Shown piece after piece: positions 28,733-36,832 of a stretch of DNA of 36,832 nt; the first letter of the stretch is position 1, and the number at the start of each line of letters is the position of its first letter. The stretch lies in NCBI GenBank assembly GCA_023334545.1, contig JAADVB010000193.1, forward strand, positions 1 through 36,832. Direction: 5' to 3'. A model generated the notes under the pieces. It was not told the DNA's origin. It saw nothing but the letters and a program-made list of their open reading frames with translations, and did no database searches. This DNA comes from Salisapilia sapeloensis CBS 127946. Lineage: Eukaryota > Protista > Oomycota. The position numbers and the translations under genes were made by a program.

Positions 28733-29767
28733 GAGAAATTGTGGGAAAGCTGAAAATTGGTTTGTGATGGTTAGATACGCTCAGTGGAATTCAAGCATGT
28801 TACGAATAGATGCGTCTCCAATGTCTGGTTAGCTCCGCCACACGTGATAATTATCTAAAAATAGTGAACTTTTTGATAAGACTACAAACTCATATCTATT
28901 CATACACAAGTTTGCCTGCGCGTCTCGGGCCGGGATGATAATGCCATGAGTAGTATGCAGCTCTTGCACAAAACTTATCGAGGGGTATACAAGCGCTTTC
29001 GTTCGTTTCGTAATGATTACTGGTTCTAGCTAAATATGTGAAGGATATAAGTCGAGACACCACTCAAATATGCTACATCGACTTTTGAGTACTGATGGAC
29101 AAAATGTTGCTAAAATAGGTCTCGTGCAGTGGGCCACACTGTTGGCGGTCGGTAGGTAGTGCTCTTCTGATGTGCGAATGCTATGAGGATGAAAGCCGAT
29201 GAGGAATGGCCAATCCAAACTTGTATGCGTATAGTGCCACAACTCTAATCGTATTGATGAGTATCAGTTACCAGAATATCGATCAGCTTGTGGCTAGGAT
29301 TGACAGGCGAAGTGGCAGTCTCATGCATGCTATCAGCACGACGAGTCACTCTAGCGCATATAAATTGTGTTTCAAAACCACTGTGATGGCATATACAACT
29401 TGCATTCAATTCATGCATTATTTATTCAAGTGGGTCAAATTGCCTATCCTACTCGAAGCATAGCTTCTTCGTAGCATATCATGCGATATGCATCAATCAC
29501 TGCTCCCTTGATTTGCTAATAAGCTTCATACTTCTACGAGTCTACCTAGTATCTTTTCGTACCAGTATATTTAGCATACATGCCTTCAGGTAGTGACTCT
29601 ATCCACATTTTAACCGTCAAATAGCGTAAGAAATGGGCCTTTGGCCTCTTCGAGCTTTGATGTCCGATTATCTTGTCCAAAACTACTCCGCGTTTATTGG
29701 CTATGAATTGATACAAAATCTGTGATTGGTAAAAGGATTGAAACACATCCAGACGGAAGAAGAGCAA

Positions 29768-30564
29768 ATGAGCGAGCAAGTACTAGAGGAGTACACACGC
29801 CTATCAGGGCTCAAGGAGGATGCAGAGACGGAGATCGCTGCCATCGTAGAGGAGCTGACCAGTGGAGATAATCCTCCTGGCATCCAAGGTCCACTGGTCG
29901 ACGAAGAAGGCTTCCCAAGAGCTGACATTGATGTCTATCGCGTTCGCCATCAGCGCCATGCACTCGTGATGAAGCAGAACGACCATCGTGGAATCATGAA
30001 GCAAATCGAGGACATCCTTCCAGAGTATGTACATTTATAGAGTATTTTTATTGGACGATCGTATTGATACATACGCTGCACGACAGAGTATTCCAAGCCA
30101 GACAGTCGATGGCAGACCCGGTACAACCTCCACAAGGTCCTTCATCTCCTCCAACTTCTCCACCCACCCCAGTGACCGATACTAATCAACCCAACGACAC
30201 ACTTCCATCAACCAAGGAAGATCCCGCGGCTACGAATGTGCACAAGAAACCTTTTGCCATCGTCGATAGCGTCCAGCCAGGTTATATGCCTCCTCAGCTC
30301 ATTCTCAACTAGTCTAACAAGATCATAGGTTCACCAGCAGCAGAGGCCGGTCTGTCTCGAGGCGATTTGATCCTGCGCTTTGGCAGTGCCGACGCAGACA
30401 ACCATCGTCAGCTAGTAGCCATCAAGGACATTGTCCAGCATCATCTCAACAAGGCTATTCACGTGGTAATTCAGCGAGAGAGTCAAGTAGAAGAAGTGGA
30501 GCTGACGCCCAAGACCTGGTCTGGCCCGGGCGTCCTCGGCTGCCTCCTCCTCCCGTCAAGTTAA
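29768..30564 (+). CDS. PSMD9: 26S proteasome assembly chaperone p27/Nas2 (228 aa; exons 29768-30024, 30087-30280, 30329-30564)
   Basis: GPLVDEEGFPRADIDVYRVRHQRH (Nas2 N-domain). PDZ region PFAIVDSVQP-GSPAAEAGLSRGDLILRFG...WSGPGVLGCLL is rebuilt by GT-AG introns of 62 and 48 nt that keep the frame. Confidence 0.93.
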
Positions 30565-30641
30565 GAACAAAGAACGATTGCATCCTCTGATTCGTGTCGT
30601 TTTATTCCACCCAGTTAAGCTAGAATGTCCTGGCAATGGGC

Positions 30642-31211
<570 letters not shown>

Positions 31212-31233
31212 GATGCAGACGGGCTTTGATCAG

Positions 31234-31240
31234 AGAATGA
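31234..31240 (-). promoter_or_regulatory. Inr of RPS14
   Basis: Minus strand TCATTCT, 22 nt upstream of the ATG. Confidence 0.55.
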
Positions 31241-31429
31241 ATCGAGCTCAAATGCCTCGAAATGGTTGGAATGGAAGGCTCGAGGACCAACGATAGGCGC
31301 TGGTGTGCATGTCGTTTAGTGGAACGCTGTCGTTGGGCGCCTAAAAACCGAACTTTTACGAGACACTGCAGCTACTTTTATAGATCGCCTGATAAATTGC
31401 CGCGAATAAATCGAGACCAGTGGGGAGCC

Positions 31430-31442
31430 GCTCATTTTCGCC
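31430..31442 (+). promoter_or_regulatory. Inr of the small mitochondrial protein gene
   Basis: GCTCATTTTCGCC, a canonical Inr about 30 nt upstream of the ATG at 31464. Confidence 0.65.
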
Positions 31443-31463
31443 ATCAAAAAACAACGAGAAGAC

Positions 31464-31935
31464 ATGCTGCACCTTGTCAAGCGAGCTGCTGGAGCGACCA
31501 AGACCCGTATGGGCAACCAGGCGCGTGCCATGAGCGACGCTCATGCCGCCCCTCCTGCTGAGGGACTGGAGGCCAAGGTCCGCCACTACCTCCCCCACAA
31601 CCACCAGGTACATAAGGTTAGAACAGTGGAATTAGAAACGAGGTGCTGATAAGTTTTATTAGATTGTGTTGGCGACGCTCGGTGCGTACACCGGTCTGTA
31701 CCTTTTCTTCAAGATCTTGCCGTCCTCCAAAAAGGAGGAAGCTCCTGGTATGCAATGATAGGGGTACGAAGGCTATAGACAGCGTATTAATTGAATTTTG
31801 TCAACAGCTACGAGCAGCAGCAGCTCTTCGGCATCGTCTGCCATTCCGTCTCTCTTTGACGAAGAGTTTGACGAGTGGTCCAAGCAGCCTGGCAACATGG
31901 AACGCTGGGAGCAGAGCCTCGACAAGCTCGAGTAA
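31464..31935 (+). CDS. Small mitochondrial single-TM protein (118 aa; exons 31464-31607, 31663-31747, 31808-31935); candidate ATP synthase subunit k/DAPIT-like
   Basis: Two GT-AG introns (55 and 60 nt) give a continuous frame. Arg/Ala-rich presequence MLHLVKRAAGATKTRMGNQARAM, TM IVLATLGAYTGLYLFFKIL, acidic C-terminus IPSLFDEEFDEWSKQPGNMERWEQSLDKLE. Confidence 0.82.
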
Positions 31936-33054
31936 ATGGATAAAGGCCGAACAAAGTGCCATGAAGAGGCAGCATTGGCCGTGTGATACGAACTGCAAGT
32001 CTCGAGTCAATCGCCAACTTTAAACACGAGTGAATGCCATTTTCCACATTCCATTTCATGTATCTTACAGACATCCATCCAGTTCTAAGTACAGTCTTGT
32101 CACCATGGACGAATGAAAAGCATTTCTCAGTCAAAAGATGGTTATGACGTTTCTGTTTTGTCACTTGGATACCCACATGAGTGCTTCTACTGCTGATACC
32201 GAAATGATCTTCCGACTAGGAAGTCCATCGATAAATCTACGCCAGTGTTATTAATTTTACGTCCTAATCGGGTATATTTATCTTACAACTAAACATGACA
32301 AGAAAGCGTCGAATGGACTCGGCACAGACAAAACTCACTTTATTCTGCGATTACTTGGCTCTACGACTCCAAGTGACGCATATGAAGAGTTTTAGGATAT
32401 TTCTGATGGAAATTTGCGACGCTAAAGTGTCAATTGACCAGTGTACCGCGTTACTACCTTTCATAGTCGACAGACAGCAAGTGGTTTAGATTCAACCTTT
32501 AGATGAACCGAGTGAAACATTAGCATCGAATTTGGTGCCCCAAATAGAGCACGCTAGAGCACAAATAGAATCGTGCGTAGATGAAGAGGAAGGGACTGTC
32601 GTAGTGTGAGAGGATTTGCGCTAATTGGAAACGATAATGCATGGCAAAGCTAAAGACCGCTTGGTTCAGTTCTATATTAACTTCGAGCAAGCAAAGGGCG
32701 GCCCAGTTGAACAGTTTGCATGGGAAAAAGAGGAGAGCTTCGAATGATTACCGCAGCCTATCGGTGTAGCCTCGCTTGCACAAATGGGAAAAGAGGGACA
32801 GACTGTACTTGGTACCGCGAGTAGTACAGCGTCCAAACGCTATGTACTACCGATCAGGACTATAGCACACTACCATACCCTATACGAATGTTTAAATGAG
32901 TCATACCTTGCAAGTTATAATAGATTCTCAGTGAAAGCTAGATACACTTTCGTTCGTCCATCCGATGATTTGCGAAGACGAGAAAGCTTTGAAGATGTTC
33001 ATTTAGTTAATGAGTTTTACATTAAAGAATATAAATGCCATAGCTTCTTTAACA

Positions 33055-36000
33055 CTACTCTTTCTTTTCCTGTGATCGAGGAGATGGAAGCACCTTCGAA
33101 CCGGCTGAGGGCGGATCTACTTGAATCTTTACATCCATGCTCGGCCCGGGTGTCCGTGGTGACACTCTCGCAAAGCGTGGACTTGAAGATGCCGGTGGTG
33201 TAGTCCCGCCATGCGGCTGTGAACCTAAAACTTGCCTTCGAATCCGTGAGACAGGTGAATTACCACTATAGGCTGCCACTGGAGGTCTTCCCGATAGCAC
33301 TGATGCTCCAATTGGAGTAATTTGGTCGACATTTGGCCGAGCGCCCAAAGGAATGTCGGAAAGTGTTGGAGAAACTTTCATGATTCCAGGAAGAGGCCGC
33401 GATGGGCTTCTTCCTTGTGCTGGAATGACTTTGCGACTTGTTTGACAGCCTTCCTGACGATGTGGTACAAGGTCGACAGCTCTCACATTGCCACCACATT
33501 GGTCACAAACGACAAATCGTTGTAGGCAATCCTTTCTTTCGTGCAACTCTCGGTCTTTCGGCAGTATTCGAGTAGTGCAACCCGGTAAACGACAGTTAAC
33601 GGCACTGTTGCTATCCTTACTTGCACATTCTCTTTGGTGCGTTGCCATGGATGTAGTCAATATCAACTTTTCACACGAGTTACATGCGGTCAGACGACAA
33701 TGACTTAGCTCATGGGTAGCTCGAGATCGCGCGACAAGTTGCGCACCACAACCATTTCGACAAGAAACAATACGACGACCACATCTCTGGCGCTTGTGCA
33801 TTTCAACGGCATTTTCTGTTCCTGTAAACTGCCCACACTCACAAGTTTGGAGTGGCTTTGAGGGTTCTGTAGGAATTTCCCTAGGAGCATCTTCAACGGC
33901 CAAAGTACTAGCGTCTGGAAGTACCTTGCTGCCACCCTTGCTCTTATCCTTTTCTTCTAGTGGTACTCTGGGGGAAGAATGCGTTAAAGCAGTGGCTGTA
34001 GCATGATACTGATCGCGAGGTGTATCTTCTACGAGTTCCAAAGGTGGTCCTTTGCTTACCACGAGCTGTGGCATGACTCTGCTGGACGCCTTCCGTGCAG
34101 TGATATCTTCCTGCTTATCCGTTTCATGAGCTGGCAAGGAAGTTTCCTCATTATCATCGTCGAAATCCTCATTACCATCGTGGAACTTCTCATTCATCGG
34201 AATGACCGGCGTTGACGGTCTCGCTGATTGCAAGTCGGAAAACGCATTAAATTCACTGTCATCTTTTGCATGAGGAACTATCAAAACCTTTTTAGGCAAA
34301 GACTGTTGTTCTTCTAAAGCTTTATCTTTGGTATCTCCTGCAGTCATATCCACGGACACTTTGCGCGTATACCGTCTTGCCTTTTCATTCGGACTATCCG
34401 TCTTTTTCCGTATAATCTGCGCCACACCAGAAGTACCGACGGCGGCTGCCGATGCCAGCGCAATTTTCTCTCCTGTCAATGCTCCAAACAAACCAGTACC
34501 AGCGATGAAACCAGCCGCTACAAGTGGCATGACGCCCATGCGTAAACCAATTTTAAGAGGATCAGCGACAAGGTACGTCAGCAGAACACCAGTTAAAAGG
34601 GATCCGATCCACATTTCTGCTTCAACTTTACCGATCGCAAAGGCGAATAGAAGAACAAAGTATGCGCTCCAGACACTCCATCCAAAGCAGATAACGTAGC
34701 AGACGTTGACAACCCACGCTGGGAACATTGGTCGTGAGCGCTGCACTGGTCTCCTACGCAGGAACTGCTTATAAAGCAGTCGGGATGTGCCTTTAAGTTT
34801 CTTAAACTCTTCCAGCTCCTTCTCATATATCTGGCGTTCATGTAAAGGCATCATCGCTAGCCTTCGTTTCTCACGAAGCTCTTGACGAGCTTGAAGTTTT
34901 TTCTTAAAACGCTTGATGCCGCGCAAGCCGGCATACACATCTTTCATTTGCTCTTTTTCCTGCTTTCGTAGCTGCTTTCGTTCTGCTTGTAACTTTCGCC
35001 TTGCCAACTGATACGCACGACGCTTTTCCTGCACTTCAAACGCATTCGCCTTGAGAATGGCTCCATGCTGCTGCTTGAGCTGCACCGTCACACGTCGTCG
35101 ATGCTCTTCTTGCTGTGCGGCCATGGTCTTTCGCCGTGTACCCTTTCTAGCAACTTTTGCTCGAGTAAGGTCAACTGTTGGACTACCCTTTGCAATCTCT
35201 GGGTTTTGCTTGTTCGACTCCATCGTTCTTGTGACAACTTCATTCAGCCGGCGATTGAAATCAGTGTGAATAGCGGTGCGAAGAGCTTGGAATTGCTTCT
35301 CTGTATTTCGCAGCTCAGCTTCTGCTTTCTTTGCTTGTACTGCGGTACTCTGCATACTTGACTCGCAGTACTTGCTGCACTCGAAGACCCACTGCTTGAG
35401 TACATCCAGTGTTTCAAGAGCGCTTTCCATTTCTTCTTCGTCTTCAAATTCAGACTCTAATTCCATGAGATCTAGATCTTCCACCTGAACGCAAATCGTC
35501 TTAAGAGACGATGAAATTGCTAAGCTAATGCATAGTGGGTCGAAATCAAGCAGGGTCGATTTGAGATCGTCCCTACCACCTGACTGAAATAAGTGTACGA
35601 GTCTTTCCATTGCTATGGCTTTCTCCCCTTTAGTTGGTTCGTGAACTCTCTCAATTGCTACAGAAAGATCTGTCTCACTTTCGTCATGTAAAGACGTACG
35701 AGACTGAATATAACGTCTATTTTCCTTCCGGAATGGCAAAAGGGGAGGCAGTCTTGTCTTTCGTCGCTCCAAGCGGTCGTCTAGCTTGAGCTTTGTCGAG
35801 TAAGTTTTCATATCCTTATTGTCCGCTATACAGTTTTGAAGATTCCAAGCCTTTTCAGTTGCATCGGATTCATCCATAGTATTTACCCACGGCTCGCAAC
35901 CGTATAAGACAAGGTATATTCCTCGACAAAGGGCTACAACCGAGGATTCGAAAGCTTGAGTCTTGAATAATTTACTAACCAATACAGCTCCGTCTGAGTC

Positions 36001-36831
36001 CAGAGTTTGTGCAAGGGAAGTAAGTTCCGTTCTCGCTAATTCTACCGGTGTGTGTTCAATCGGCTTTCCGTACGCATCAGTCTGAATTTCCGCCACATTT
36101 CCCTCATCATCCTCGACTTCATATCGAACAATGTATGTATCACGTCGAGCAGATCGCTTAAACATGATAAAGAATGAAAAGGCCACTGGCGTTGTACATA
36201 AAGCAGTCACAATACCAGTAACTAGCATTGATGCCACCGTTTGTGGTCCTTGCTTCAATCTATACAAGAGAGCATTGGTGAACATTTGGGTCATCACCGC
36301 TGAAAACACAACTGTCATGCGTTGTGGACGAGTGAAGTGTTCGTCGTATTTGAAGGCAATGGATACCAGTTTATGGTGCTCTTTGATACCCTGCAAGAAG
36401 CCGCGTAGGACAGCATTTAATTTTGCACGTCGAGTTGTTGCAAGTAGATACTCGGGTTGTTGAAAAAGAGAGCGAATGTGCACCTTTGTCGCTTTTTGCT
36501 GTTGAGATTCCTTTCGCTTTAATCGCAAGTTATTCAAGCGATCTCGGCGATCACAACGATGAGCATATAACAAGCCAATGCCGTATATCACAAACGCCAT
36601 TCCGAGGACAATAATGAGTACCAAGTTTTCTTCGACATCCTCTACAGTCACCGCATGATTAATGACGTCCTGGAAATGCGAAGTGACAAGAGCGATGGAT
36701 TGCTCGACTTGAGTCGAGAAGTCAGTAAGGTGGTTGCAGGCGCATACAGTATACAGACCGTCTGCGGTAGTCCCGTTAACGTAGCAGCCATTGGAAGACC
36801 AGTCTCCAATATCACTGTCCCAAAAGCGACA
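33055..36831 (-). CDS. Polycystin-1/REJ-like GPS membrane protein with C-terminal TRAF-type zinc fingers (3' part; 5' end beyond window)
   Basis: Frame is open to the window edge: CRFWD...WSSNGC...CACNHLTDF (GPS). Then TM1, the FTRPQR-TM2 motif, TM3, a coiled-coil insert, PAWV-TM4, W...DPLKI-TM5, and repeated CxxC...H...C units. TAG at 33055-33057. Confidence 0.88.
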   Translation of the reverse strand, partial: CRFWDSDIGDWSSNGCYVNGTTADGLYTVCACNHLTDFSTQVEQSIALVTSHFQDVINHAVTVEDVEENLVLIIVLGMAFVIYGIGLLYAHRCDRRDRLNNLRLKRKESQQQKATKVHIRSLFQQPEYLLATTRRAKLNAVLRGFLQGIKEHHKLVSIAFKYDEHFTRPQRMTVVFSAVMTQMFTNALLYRLKQGPQTVASMLVTGIVTALCTTPVAFSFFIMFKRSARRDTYIVRYEVEDDEGNVAEIQTDAYGKPIEHTPVELARTELTSLAQTLDSDGAVLVSKLFKTQAFESSVVALCRGIYLVLYGCEPWVNTMDESDATEKAWNLQNCIADNKDMKTYSTKLKLDDRLERRKTRLPPLLPFRKENRRYIQSRTSLHDESETDLSVAIERVHEPTKGEKAIAMERLVHLFQSGGRDDLKSTLLDFDPLCISLAISSSLKTICVQVEDLDLMELESEFEDEEEMESALETLDVLKQWVFECSKYCESSMQSTAVQAKKAEAELRNTEKQFQALRTAIHTDFNRRLNEVVTRTMESNKQNPEIAKGSPTVDLTRAKVARKGTRRKTMAAQQEEHRRRVTVQLKQQHGAILKANAFEVQEKRRAYQLARRKLQAERKQLRKQEKEQMKDVYAGLRGIKRFKKKLQARQELREKRRLAMMPLHERQIYEKELEEFKKLKGTSRLLYKQFLRRRPVQRSRPMFPAWVVNVCYVICFGWSVWSAYFVLLFAFAIGKVEAEMWIGSLLTGVLLTYLVADPLKIGLRMGVMPLVAAGFIAGTGLFGALTGEKIALASAAAVGTSGVAQIIRKKTDSPNEKARRYTRKVSVDMTAGDTKDKALEEQQSLPKKVLIVPHAKDDSEFNAFSDLQSARPSTPVIPMNEKFHDGNEDFDDDNEETSLPAHETDKQEDITARKASSRVMPQLVVSKGPPLELVEDTPRDQYHATATALTHSSPRVPLEEKDKSKGGSKVLPDASTLAVEDAPREIPTEPSKPLQTCECGQFTGTENAVEMHKRQRCGRRIVSCRNGCGAQLVARSRATHELSHCRLTACNSCEKLILTTSMATHQRECASKDSNSAVNCRLPGCTTRILPKDRELHERKDCLQRFVVCDQCGGNVRAVDLVPHRQEGCQTSRKVIPAQGRSPSRPLPGIMKVSPTLSDIPLGARPNVDQITPIGASVLSGRPPVAAYSGNSPVSRIRRQVLGSQPHGGTTPPASSSPRFARVSPRTPGPSMDVKIQVDPPSAGSKVLPSPRSQEKKE
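33445..33843 (-). other. Array of TRAF-type zinc fingers
   Basis: CECG...HKRQRC, CRNGC...HELSHC, CNSC...HQREC, CRLPGC...HERKDC, CDQC...HRQEGC: five C-x(1-4)-C...H-x(3-4)-C units. Confidence 0.8.
36718..36831 (-). other. GPS autoproteolysis motif of a GAIN domain
   Basis: C-x-F-W...W...G-C...C-A-C-N-H-L|T-D-F, with the HL|T cleavage triad intact. Confidence 0.9.
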
Positions 36832-36832
36832 A

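Noticed and set aside
29474-29491. Perfect 7-bp hairpin GCATATC-ATGC-GATATGC
   Set aside because: An isolated short stem expected by chance; intrinsic terminators do not apply to a eukaryotic Pol II locus.
32784-33203. 139-aa plus-strand ORF overlapping the end of the polycystin-like gene
   Set aside because: Partly antisense to a real CDS, partly AT-rich 3' UTR; no motif.

Overview
Gene-dense eukaryotic window from an oomycete. The assignment rests on two elicitin-family genes, oomycete Inr/FPR core promoters, a Kazal/EPI-type inhibitor, an oomycete-type GH6 and short GT-AG introns of 48-62 nt. I can support 17 protein-coding genes, in order: acyl-CoA oxidase (3' end), two tandem elicitin-like genes, a single-pass Cys-rich receptor-like protein (signal-peptide exon missed by the ORF track), an EI24/Lds-family membrane protein, an isoprenylcysteine methylesterase, a ZIP transporter, a PIP kinase, an 898-aa polytopic membrane protein, a TKL kinase, XRN1, a 3-Kazal secreted protein, a GH6-fold protein, PSMD9, RPS14, a small mitochondrial membrane protein, and the 3' part of a GPS-containing polycystin-1-like gene. 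No rRNA, tRNA, CRISPR array or intact mobile element was found. The best leads are: (1) the 898-aa protein looks like the two 6-TM membrane modules of a class III nucleotidyl cyclase/PDE with no catalytic domain; (2) the polycystin-1-like protein has an intact GPS autoproteolysis motif but no PLAT or channel domain, and ends in TRAF-type zinc fingers; (3) the probably GPI-anchored GH6 has lost both key catalytic Asp residues; (4) the small spliced gene resembles ATP synthase subunit k/DAPIT. All family calls come from motif recognition by eye, without database searches.
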